Shown here piece by piece: positions 56,658-64,000 of a stretch of DNA of 64,000 nt. A model generated the notes under the pieces. That model made no database searches. It had not been told where the DNA came from and saw nothing but the letters and a program-made list of their open reading frames with translations. Source of the stretch: a virus (taxonomy: Duplodnaviria > Caudoviricetes); IMG/VR virus record IMGVR_UViG_3300027749_000112, positions 1,200-65,199 of that record; one strand, given 5' to 3'. Made by a program: the position numbers and the translations under genes. Positions within the stretch are counted from its first letter, which is position 1; each line of letters opens with the position of its first letter.

Positions 56658-57339
56658 AAGATTTCTTTCTCCAGTGTTTTGTTTTTTGAGCCTCGCTATA
56701 CGCTTGGCAGGTTTTCTCATCTCGCATGTGGCTACCACCAAGCAGCCCCAGCTCTCTCTTCCATCGATTTGCTACCTTGCTAACGGCCTGACGGCTCAGT
56801 CCGTGCTTGCGAGCCCATGAGTCCATGGAGCCCATCCCGTAAACGAGTGCCAGGTCAGCGGCATAAGCGAGGCCGGCGGCAGTGAGGCGGACGTTGGAGT
56901 CTCTTAGAAAAACCCCTGCAAATGTCACAATCAGAGACGCCTTGCTGGTCGTGGCCTCACGGGCCAGAAGCGCCTCATGCCACATACCCACCTTGACGAC
57001 GACATCGCGTGGCACTCCCATCTCCAGCAGCTCGTCTAGCTTGGTATCGACTGCGGCAGCCATGTCTGGGCGCTCGCAAGCAAGGGAGGAATCAGCGGCA
57101 TCCTTGGTGATGCCCATCATCATGCGGTGAGACCCAGTGACGGCCTTGTGCTCTTCGATTTCGGGGGCTACATGGCGCATGGCACCAGAGCGAAGTAATT
57201 TGGAGCGCTCCTCGGGAGTGAGGGCAGCCTCGAAGCGCTCAAATTCGATGGCATAGAGGGCGTTGGAATGGATCACATGCGTCTCATAATCGCCCGTAGG
57301 GATTTCCATCTCCTCCTCATCCATGTAATCGTCGTTCAT
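56632..57339 (-). CDS. protein with C-terminal HTH (regulator)
   Basis: SMDSWARKHGLSRQAVSKVANRW. Confidence 0.7.
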   Translation of the reverse strand: MNDDYMDEEEMEIPTGDYETHVIHSNALYAIEFERFEAALTPEERSKLLRSGAMRHVAPEIEEHKAVTGSHRMMMGITKDAADSSLACERPDMAAAVDTKLDELLEMGVPRDVVVKVGMWHEALLAREATTSKASLIVTFAGVFLRDSNVRLTAAGLAYAADLALVYGMGSMDSWARKHGLSRQAVSKVANRWKRELGLLGGSHMRDEKTCQAYSEAQKTKHWRKKSYGTVPTRQ

Positions 57340-57341
57340 GG

Positions 57342-57539
57342 TTAGGCAGAAAGGTTGGCCTCAAAGAGGGCGTCCAGATCGGTGGACTTGAAACGGGTGA
57401 CCCCCCTCCCCTTGCCGGCCGGCTTGATCTTGTAGGTCTTGATGATTCCGGCATCTACCCAGCGGCAGATGGTGGACTTTCCGACTTTCGCCCATGCAGC
57501 GGCTTCGTCGCGGGTGAGCCAGGGTGATTGGATCGCCAT
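57342..57539 (-). CDS. excisionase-like HTH protein
   Basis: WLTRDEAAAWAKVGKSTICRW...RFKSTDLDA. Confidence 0.8.
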   Translation of the reverse strand: MAIQSPWLTRDEAAAWAKVGKSTICRWVDAGIIKTYKIKPAGKGRGVTRFKSTDLDALFEANLSA

Positions 57540-57543
57540 ACTA

Positions 57544-57702
57544 TTAAGCAGCAAGTTCCTTGATGAGGAGTTCGCGGATGAGACCTGAAAGACTACGCCC
57601 TTGCTGGGCGGCATGCTTGCGGGCGCTGCGTTGAAGGGGAAGTGGGAGGCTGATGCCAGTCGTCTTAGACTTCTTGTGGTCGGGTAGCTTCGGATTCGCC
57701 AT
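57544..57702 (-). CDS. ribbon-helix-helix regulator (below ORF-track cutoff)
   Basis: Read manually: MANPKLPDHKKSKTTGISLPLPLQRSARKHAAQQGRSLSGLIRELLIKELAA. Confidence 0.8.
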   Translation of the reverse strand: MANPKLPDHKKSKTTGISLPLPLQRSARKHAAQQGRSLSGLIRELLIKELAA

Positions 57703-57715
57703 ACACAACGGATAA

Positions 57716-57785
57716 CAACCCTTGTGTAGGGTTGTCTAGGTGAATCTAAGGGTTTCCATTAGATTCCCAACTATTGACAATAGTT
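57716..57785. promoter_or_regulatory. divergent control region with three inverted repeats
   Basis: ACAACCCT-N5-AGGGTTGT; GAATCTAA-N9-TTAGATTC; AACTATTG-A-CAATAGTT overlapping TTGACA. Confidence 0.7.
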
Positions 57786-57813
57786 ATTGAAGTGCGAAAA
57801 TATCCTTGCAAAG

Positions 57814-58062
57814 ATGAGTGCCAAGAAAGATCCCAGCCAAAGAGCTATTCCGCTGACCATATCTCTTCCCCAATGGCTCTGGGAGAAGATTGACGCGCAA
57901 GGAGAACCAGGAAGCCTGACTACAGGCCGATCTGCAATCGTAAGACTAATCTTGGAGAAATCAGTTGAGGGCGATTACTACGAAGTGACTTCTCCAGATC
58001 CAGGCGCAAAAAAAGCGCCTTCCGTGAAAAAGAAGGCGCCTTATCGGGCTAAAAAATCCTAG
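57814..58062 (+). CDS. ribbon-helix-helix repressor candidate
   Basis: PLTISLPQWLWEKID...GRSAIVRLIL; divergent orientation. Confidence 0.7.
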   Translation: MSAKKDPSQRAIPLTISLPQWLWEKIDAQGEPGSLTTGRSAIVRLILEKSVEGDYYEVTSPDPGAKKAPSVKKKAPYRAKKS

Positions 58063-58068
58063 CTGGAT

Positions 58069-58272
58069 CTATCTGCGGAAGTATTCCGCGAGGATTGATT
58101 GGATGTATTCGTTGAGTTCCTGCCCGTTATTGATGGCAGCATTTCGTGTCTTTAGGAGCAAGGGCTCAGGAAGGGAGATTCGTTTGGCAACACCATCCTT
58201 GGTGTTTATACCGCTGGTTTTTTTGGCAAGTGAGATGGAACGAGTAATGTTGTGAGAGGGGTGGTTTTGCAT
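58069..58272 (-). CDS. ribbon-helix-helix-like protein
   Basis: KRISLPEPLLLKTRNAAINNGQELNEYIQSIL. Confidence 0.55.
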   Translation of the reverse strand: MQNHPSHNITRSISLAKKTSGINTKDGVAKRISLPEPLLLKTRNAAINNGQELNEYIQSILAEYFRR

Positions 58273-58354
58273 AGGGGAAATCTGAGGGGTTGGAGTACCT
58301 GAAAATACCACCCCCAAGTCAACACCTTAAACACTTTTATAGTTATATTGTATA

Positions 58355-59398
58355 TCACAAGGCCCAGTAGCGGGAGGCCTCATCGCGTGTCACTCGATTT
58401 GCATAATCGCGGTACACTTCATCGGCACTCGTGTGGCCCATCTGGTAGGCTGTCTTATCGCCGCTTTTGTACTGCGATAAATGGAAGCTGGCAAAAGAAT
58501 GCCTCAGAGCGTTGTGCGGCCAGCGTTTAAGACCTAAGGCATCGAGAACTTTTTTCCTTTCTTTATCCCAGGCAGTACGTTTGACCTTTTCTTTAAGTAG
58601 CCCCTTGCCTCTGGGCATGTGGCGGCTCAGGGCTGGGTAAATCGTCATCGATCGAGGACGCGCTGCTTCCCCTTGCTTAGAATCCTCGTAGCGCACATTG
58701 ATTTCCTTGCGCTTGTAATCGAAGGCCTCGTGACTCATGCGCTCAAACTCAATGGTTCTCATGCCGCAAAAGGCTCCCGCTACCACCCAGCTCTTGAAGA
58801 AACTCTTCAGGGGGAGGGCGAGAATGATCTCCATCTGCTCGACGGAAAAGATCGGCAGTCGCACTCCCCTCTTCTTCTTGGGCGGCGGGTCACGGAAGGG
58901 ATTGATGGGTTGGAGGTCGCGCATGGTTCCCCAGTTGAAAAAAGTGCGGCCGGCGCAAAAAACATTAAAAATCCCCCGAGTCTCCAAATTGGGCAGACTT
59001 TTAATCCAATCATCTCCCATGCGTGGGGTGAGTTCCTTGGGGTCGAGCGAGCCGAAACGCCCGTTCACATAACCTAGTCCCCAGGTAAGCACCTTAAGAT
59101 TGCCCTTAGTGGCGTCATTCTCGCGCATAGCGAGGTAGGCGGCGATGAGTCCTGAGATCGTGTTGCCCGACTGCTGGGGGCCGTCAGGGATGCGGGTGCC
59201 TCTTCCTTGCTCCATTTCCCCAGCAATGGTTGCGGATGCCAGCAGGGCATCGCTTTGGTTCTTAAAAAAGCGCCGCTGCCGTGTTCCGGCAACCGAAGCG
59301 GGGAGGTCAATAACCCACCTGCCGGCATGGGGTTGGTAGAAGGGGGCGAACGAGTGCTTGCGAGGGCGACCTTTGCTCATAAAAGTACCATTGCCCAA
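58355..59398 (-). CDS. int: tyrosine integrase
   Basis: GMRTIE (R), SKQG (K), HNALRHSFAS (HxxR), MGH, YRDY (Y); ATG start may be 59380. Confidence 0.92.
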   Translation of the reverse strand: MGNGTFMSKGRPRKHSFAPFYQPHAGRWVIDLPASVAGTRQRRFFKNQSDALLASATIAGEMEQGRGTRIPDGPQQSGNTISGLIAAYLAMRENDATKGNLKVLTWGLGYVNGRFGSLDPKELTPRMGDDWIKSLPNLETRGIFNVFCAGRTFFNWGTMRDLQPINPFRDPPPKKKRGVRLPIFSVEQMEIILALPLKSFFKSWVVAGAFCGMRTIEFERMSHEAFDYKRKEINVRYEDSKQGEAARPRSMTIYPALSRHMPRGKGLLKEKVKRTAWDKERKKVLDALGLKRWPHNALRHSFASFHLSQYKSGDKTAYQMGHTSADEVYRDYANRVTRDEASRYWAL

Positions 59399-59498
59399 AT
59401 TGGCAGAAAGTCAACAAATGCCCCGTTACCCCATTTTACCCCATCCTTGTCTAAGGGCTTAAATACTAGCTCTGCGGGTTTTTCCATGACAGAGAAAA

Positions 59499-59524
59499 TG
59501 GCTCCAGCGGTAGGACTCGAACCT
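59499..59524 (-). other. attP core: 3' end of a host tRNA (Asn-like)
   Basis: AGGTTCGAGTCCTACCGCTGGAGCCA = T-arm, acceptor strand and CCA without 5' half; ~100 bp upstream of integrase; flanked by ATTGCCCAAA arm-like repeats. Confidence 0.85.
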
Positions 59525-59660
59525 CCTATCCTACAGAGAAGCTAGTACGATATTGCCCAAAGTCAGGCACAAAATCAAAGATAATGGCTTGGGGCGACAT
59601 GGAATCATGTGGGTACTCTACGTCCCACTCGCCGACCTTGGCAAGGAAAAGAGACCTTCC

Positions 59661-60323
59661 TCAGTCGTACCTCAGACCCTTGAAGATTGGTGCATGAGGG
59701 ACTCCCTTTTCCGTCTTACGATTGTAGGCAATCGTGGCTGGCATCCCTATCGGGTTATCCTTTACGACATGGGATGGTGCCTGCACCTTGAATCCCCTCC
59801 CCTGGGCGTCTTGCACATGGAGGATCCCATGGGCTTTTCCATGTTTGGCGTGGGTGACTTGGAATTCTTCATCTTGTAGCGGCTTGCGCTTGAGAAGCTC
59901 TCCATCGGGCGTCTGGATAACCTGCCCCTCGAAGCCAGCGTTAAGCGCAGCCGAGTAATGTTCATCTGCCTCACCCTGAGTTCGCACGCGAGCCGCATGG
60001 ATATGGGAGATATTGCCGCCGGCACGAGGCTTGGGCTGGTTGGTTGGGTGTAGATGAAAGTCTAACTCCCCCTTGCCGCTCTTGAGATCGGATACGATAT
60101 GTTCTAGGGGCGCCCCATGCCGGTAGAGTTCTCCATGCAACTCGGATTGCGGGTGCCGCTGAAAGTGAGACTTGAGGCGCTCAATGAGATGGGGCTGAGT
60201 TCCAATACTGATGCCTGCCTTAGAGTAAAGCCCGTCCTTAGTGGCCCTTGCGTAGACGCCATCGAGCTTTGGTGAGACAAGGCTTCCAGGCTGTATGGGG
60301 TCGGATTCGGAATGTGTCTTCAT
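59661..60323 (-). CDS. minimal ATP-dependent DNA ligase-like protein
   Basis: SPKLDG, LHGELY, GFEGQVI, LLKRKP and C-terminal OB-like region. Confidence 0.8.
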   Translation of the reverse strand: MKTHSESDPIQPGSLVSPKLDGVYARATKDGLYSKAGISIGTQPHLIERLKSHFQRHPQSELHGELYRHGAPLEHIVSDLKSGKGELDFHLHPTNQPKPRAGGNISHIHAARVRTQGEADEHYSAALNAGFEGQVIQTPDGELLKRKPLQDEEFQVTHAKHGKAHGILHVQDAQGRGFKVQAPSHVVKDNPIGMPATIAYNRKTEKGVPHAPIFKGLRYD

Positions 60324-60324
60324 G

Positions 60325-60492
60325 TTAATCGTGTTGGTAAGCTCGTTGGATTGATTTTGGCTCAGTGACTAGGAAAAGGCAGATGGCAATGTCTCGTGGT
60401 GTGGCATCTCCTGAGTGCAGCATGCGGGCGAGGATGCGCACTGTTTCGTACACCTTTTTGGTGTCTTTGCAGTGGTGGCATTTCTCATTCAT
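60325..60492 (-). CDS. small hypothetical protein
   Basis: Read manually: MNEKCHHCKD..., 55 aa filling the gap. Confidence 0.4.
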   Translation of the reverse strand: MNEKCHHCKDTKKVYETVRILARMLHSGDATPRDIAICLFLVTEPKSIQRAYQHD

Positions 60493-60494
60493 GG

Positions 60495-61019
60495 CTAGCT
60501 GATGGGTGGGCCGAAGTTTGGGGTGATTACTAGGGACGGAGGATCGGCTTCTGGATCTGAAACCCCAAGGATCTTGGCGGCGCCCAGGATTCGGAAGCTG
60601 ACGTTCAATCTTCCTGCCTTTAGCTTACCGCCTAATGCCTTGAAGGCGGCTTGCGTTAAATCGATGGCAGCAGTGGCTTGCGGAGGCGCCGAAGGGCCTA
60701 AGTCGATCAGTTTCACATGCACATCTATGCCGGTATCGGCACTGGTCACCACAACACTGGTAAACCATGGTAGCTTGGGAATAGGGCTCCCTGCACAGGG
60801 ATTGTGATGGGAGCGGCCGTAATCCATAGGAAGGGCGCAACCCATCATTTGCGGGTTTGACTTGGTGCTCATGCCGCTAGCGGTAGAACCATCGTCTATG
60901 GGATCATCACTACCGCCAAACCATGTGGCATGTACTCCTGTGACAACAAGGTCATTGCCATCTATGGTTGCAGGCCATGGGTAGCGAGCCCCAGTGAGTA
61001 TGTTGTTGTGTCGGCTCAT
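60495..61019 (-). CDS. RlpA-like double-psi beta-barrel protein, candidate endolysin
   Basis: ATWFGG...STASG...CALP...VKLIDLGP...IDLTQAAF. Confidence 0.75.
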   Translation of the reverse strand: MSRHNNILTGARYPWPATIDGNDLVVTGVHATWFGGSDDPIDDGSTASGMSTKSNPQMMGCALPMDYGRSHHNPCAGSPIPKLPWFTSVVVTSADTGIDVHVKLIDLGPSAPPQATAAIDLTQAAFKALGGKLKAGRLNVSFRILGAAKILGVSDPEADPPSLVITPNFGPPIS

Positions 61020-61255
61020 GGAACCTTATTGTCGATGGAATCTCCCCACTTGATTAGCGCGCCTAAAAGAACTGGGAGGCCTCCCATGAATACGGCAAAT
61101 GCTGAGTCGATCATGGGGCAGGATCCGGTGTAAATAAGCCTCCAAGTGACAGCGTTGATGAAGATACAGACAGATAGGACTACCAGACTAAGGAGTACGC
61201 GAAGGATCGACGCATTGCCGCTACGTCCAGAAAAAGCGGAGATCCAAAAGTTCAT
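61016..61255 (-). CDS. candidate holin (2 TM)
   Basis: Start MNFWISAF, ATGA-coupled at both ends, two hydrophobic helices. Confidence 0.65.
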   Translation of the reverse strand: MNFWISAFSGRSGNASILRVLLSLVVLSVCIFINAVTWRLIYTGSCPMIDSAFAVFMGGLPVLLGALIKWGDSIDNKVP

Positions 61256-61644
61256 AGCGCAAAACGCCAAGTTGTTTTTAATCCGATATACCCGGCTACA
61301 CATAAGATTCCCGAAAGTGCGATCAAACGCCATGTCCACAACTCTTTCAGGGCTTTTTGATGCTTGCCTTGAAAATAGAGAACATCGTTTTGTGCCTTGG
61401 AGAGATCCTGAGCTTGCTGATCAACCTGGACTTCGTAGGCAGTGATGGCAGATTCAAGGTTGCTAATAGCCTTTTGGCCTTCTGGACTAGCGAGAGGCAC
61501 AAGTGGCTTGAGTCGTTCGATGGAAGACCGCACGGCCACCACGGAAGGTGCAACGTAGCGAGCTTTTTCTTGGTGGGCGCAACCTAAAGTCGTAAGTGCG
61601 ATAGCTAAAGTCGCAAGCGCGAGAGTTAAAGTCGTATGCTTCAT
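61252..61644 (-). CDS. candidate unimolecular spanin
   Basis: Lipoprotein signal ...TTLG-C, coiled coil, C-terminal TM LIALSGILCVAGYIGL. Confidence 0.7.
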   Translation of the reverse strand: MKHTTLTLALATLAIALTTLGCAHQEKARYVAPSVVAVRSSIERLKPLVPLASPEGQKAISNLESAITAYEVQVDQQAQDLSKAQNDVLYFQGKHQKALKELWTWRLIALSGILCVAGYIGLKTTWRFAL

Positions 61645-61925
61645 TTTCTCTGGATGAGCGTGTCCTCTATCCTTTTGGTGCGCTCGTTGATCTGAGTCAG
61701 CGTGGCGATGGCTGCCGCTAATAGCTCGCGCCTTTGGGCGGCATCATTGCGAAGCTCGACAATCTGAGCATCGTGAACTTTATCATAAGCCTCCAGGCGA
61801 TCTACCCGCGCCGGCATCCCCAGATATATGGTGAGAAATGCAATGATCGCGCAAAACCCGCCGCCGCCACCAAGTAGCGCAGAGAAAAAAAGAGGCGCGT
61901 TGTTCTTAGGTGTAGGTTCGCTCAT
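61641..61925 (-). CDS. membrane-anchored coiled-coil protein (holin-like)
   Basis: N-terminal TM then heptad pattern; heads the lysis cassette. Confidence 0.6.
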   Translation of the reverse strand: MSEPTPKNNAPLFFSALLGGGGGFCAIIAFLTIYLGMPARVDRLEAYDKVHDAQIVELRNDAAQRRELLAAAIATLTQINERTKRIEDTLIQRK

Positions 61926-61996
61926 GATATGGTGAAAAGTTTTGAAACCCCAGACAGCTCACGCCCCACTATTAGTAGGGCGTGGCTATCGTGAGA

Positions 61997-62191
61997 TTAC
62001 TTGGCGAAGCGGACGTTCAGGACACCGGAGCCGTTAGGCTGAATGGTGACATTCACGGCGATGGCCTTGTCCAGGGAGTCACCTTCAGGCAAGGAGATCA
62101 CGGGAGCGACGGCAGCAATCAAGGCAGCCACATCATCGGCAGCGAGTGAAGCAGATGCGGTGACGGGCGAGGGAGTTAGTTTGATAGGCAT
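61997..62191 (-). CDS. small hypothetical structural protein
   Basis: 64 aa with strong codon bias. Confidence 0.6.
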   Translation of the reverse strand: MPIKLTPSPVTASASLAADDVAALIAAVAPVISLPEGDSLDKAIAVNVTIQPNGSGVLNVRFAK

Positions 62192-62310
62192 TGTTGTTTT
62201 GTCCGGTTTTTAGTCAGTTGGACTCGTCTGTTTTCTTGCCTTGGCGGGGCCGTTCATCCCGACCGCTTTGCGGTAAGGGCTAGGGTTGTCCGTTGTTGGC
62301 TGGAAATTCG

Positions 62311-62559
62311 TTACCATTTTGGGGGAGTTGCGGCACAAGAAGCTGATCGGAAGCCCGTTTTCGCTTCCATATTGCAACCGCAGAGAAGGCATCTGCCGTT
62401 GTCGTAGTAGTCGCACGGAATACAGATCGAAAGACGAGCGTGTTGTTCGTCTGCCGTGACGGGATCTTGTCCGTTGAGGATAGCCCCAGCCTCGGCTACG
62501 AGAGCCGCGCCGAACGAGGCAATCTGAGCGGTGATCGGTGGAGGTGTTGTGGTGGTCAT
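62311..62559 (-). CDS. DUF6171-like Cys-rich protein
   Basis: RLSICIPCDYY...CLLCGCNMEAK...SC...KW. Confidence 0.75.
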   Translation of the reverse strand: MTTTTPPPITAQIASFGAALVAEAGAILNGQDPVTADEQHARLSICIPCDYYDNGRCLLCGCNMEAKTGFRSASCAATPPKW

Positions 62560-64000
62560 AATTGAATAAAGGGCGGGAGGCCGATGAGTTGGCCTATGTT
62601 GATTGGAGGCACTTCGACATTTCCCCCGCCACCGACGCTAAGTTTCTGCCATCCGTAGCCGAGACTCGGGCGACCACCTACAGTCCATCCACCCGTACTG
62701 ACTAGAAGCCATAGGAATCCGTCCTCGCTAATAACATCTCCTTGGTAGTAGTTGGCGTAGTTGTCCCACTCCTTTGGAGCGTTCGGACTAACAAGCACTC
62801 CGCACCCATAACCGACATCGACGGCTCCGCTGAAGCAAATGCCATCGCATCCAAGCAGGTTGGGACAGCAATAAGTACCATTGACATCGGGAGATGAACT
62901 GATGCCGTAACAAAGTCCATCACAAGTTCCACGCTCACCATTACCGCAACAAATTCCATTCGGGTCGGGCGAGACTCCGCTATAGCAAAATCCATCGCAA
63001 CCAAGCAACCAGCTTGCACAGCAAGTTCCGTTGGCGTCGGTTACGGCTCCGCTATAGCAAAATCCATCGCAACCAAGCAACCAGCTTGCACAGCAAGTTC
63101 CGTTGTAGTCGGTTACGCCTCCGCTATAGCAAACTCCATCACAACCAAGCAACCAGCTTGCACAGCAAGTTCCGTTGTAGTCGGTTACGCCTCCGCTATA
63201 GCAAATCCCATCACATCCCTTATCCCAGCTTGCACAGCAAGCTCCGTTGTAGTCGGTTACGGCTCCGCTATAGCAAAATCCATCACATCCTTTATCCCAG
63301 CTTGCACAGCAAGTTCCGTTGTAGTCGGGCTGACTATTTTGATCGCACCCACAGTACCCACCCATAGAACCATAACAAAGGTTGTCGCATCCAATCTGCC
63401 AGAAGGGGCAGCAAGTTCCGTTGGCGTCAAAAGCATTGAATGAATAGCAAAGTCCATCGCAGCTTTGTGTTTGTTGGTTTCCACAGCAGTTTCCGTTAAT
63501 GTCGGGTATCCCTATAACACCACATCCGCATCCAGTATCAAAAACACCGCACTCGCAGGAGCCGGAGCCTACATAAGCAGGGTCTTGGCATGGCATAATT
63601 GCGTTTGCAAAATATCTTTTACCATCCCACCAACTATAATCAGGAACAGAACCCGTATAAGAAACCCCGGCAGGGATCGGCGCAATCGGTTGGGTTGTCC
63701 CAAAACTAAAAAAGTTAAGATTTAATGACGTTGCGTAGGGGTCAGTTGCTAGAGTTCCCGAGGAATCTGACCCAATAGGTGATAAAACAAATACGCTGTC
63801 GCCTGAAACTGGGAGGGCATTATGTTGGACATAACGCCGAAATAGGTTGTTCGTCCTCGTGTACCAATTCCCCGGAAGCCCCGCGTCTGTGGAGTTGTTG
63901 AGTGCGCCGATGAAGTAGAGAGTTTGTGGAGGTGGAACTACAGAAACCCAAGCTCCGGAAGACCAAATCTGGCTTTCCCACCTTCCAGTAAAGGGGGTTC
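62556..64000 (-). CDS. 3' part of a large Cys-repeat tail-fibre/adhesin-like protein (enters from right edge)
   Basis: Frame of the 346-aa ORF stays open from 63596 to the window end when read manually (...TPFTGRWESQIW...YFANAIMPCQDP...). Confidence 0.75.
   Translation of the reverse strand, partial: TPFTGRWESQIWSSGAWVSVVPPPQTLYFIGALNNSTDAGLPGNWYTRTNNLFRRYVQHNALPVSGDSVFVLSPIGSDSSGTLATDPYATSLNLNFFSFGTTQPIAPIPAGVSYTGSVPDYSWWDGKRYFANAIMPCQDPAYVGSGSCECGVFDTGCGCGVIGIPDINGNCCGNQQTQSCDGLCYSFNAFDANGTCCPFWQIGCDNLCYGSMGGYCGCDQNSQPDYNGTCCASWDKGCDGFCYSGAVTDYNGACCASWDKGCDGICYSGGVTDYNGTCCASWLLGCDGVCYSGGVTDYNGTCCASWLLGCDGFCYSGAVTDANGTCCASWLLGCDGFCYSGVSPDPNGICCGNGERGTCDGLCYGISSSPDVNGTYCCPNLLGCDGICFSGAVDVGYGCGVLVSPNAPKEWDNYANYYQGDVISEDGFLWLLVSTGGWTVGGRPSLGYGWQKLSVGGGGNVEVPPINIGQLIGLPPFIQL
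62979..63330. repeat. five 72-bp tandem repeats encoding GxVTDxNGxCCASWxxGCDGxCYS
   Basis: gctatagcaaa... units start at 62979, 63051, 63123, 63195, 63267. Confidence 0.95.

Noticed and set aside
58318-59415. GTTGAC hits upstream of the integrase and the 58272 gene as members of the late motif
   Set aside because: No in-frame gene-start ATG 15-17 nt downstream; they may be ordinary -35 boxes or part of arm sites.
59499-59575. Complete second tRNA gene
   Set aside because: Only the T-arm and 3' acceptor strand are present; treated as the attP core.
61960-61984. Intrinsic terminator upstream of the lysis cassette
   Set aside because: A hairpin is present but there is no adjacent U-tract on the coding strand.
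62979-63330. Diversity-generating retroelement template/variable repeats
   Set aside because: No reverse transcriptase in the window, differences are not adenine-specific, and copies are in-frame tandem repeats.

Overview
The window looks like most of a temperate tailed-phage genome in excised (attP) form. A Verrucomicrobia-like host is only my inference, from integrase style and the absence of Shine-Dalgarno sites. The minus strand carries the tail and head genes (1-28147), lambda GpA/Nu1-type terminase (41607-45105), replication genes (RusA-like resolvase, primase-helicase, Pif1-like helicase, SSB-like), a switch region of ribbon-helix-helix (RHH) regulators, a tyrosine integrase beside an attP matching a tRNA-Asn-like 3' end, a minimal ligase, a lysis cassette and a Cys-repeat protein. 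A 13-kb plus-strand island of short early genes (Ocr-like, DUF2958, DUF6717, histone-fold-like) lies between terL and the portal. The strongest unexplained signal has two linked parts. (1) A motif GTTGAC-N15-17-ATG sits directly on the start codon of ten minus-strand starts, a candidate leaderless late promoter. (2) Several head-module proteins, including a 1184-aa polyprotein, are segmented by a recurring x-[E/N/L/T/M]-F-[S/A/G/D/Q] motif also found in the portal and protease/scaffold, suggesting protease-matured cargo packaged in the capsid. A lone antisense gene in the early island carries both signals. All family assignments are from motif recognition by eye; no database search was run.
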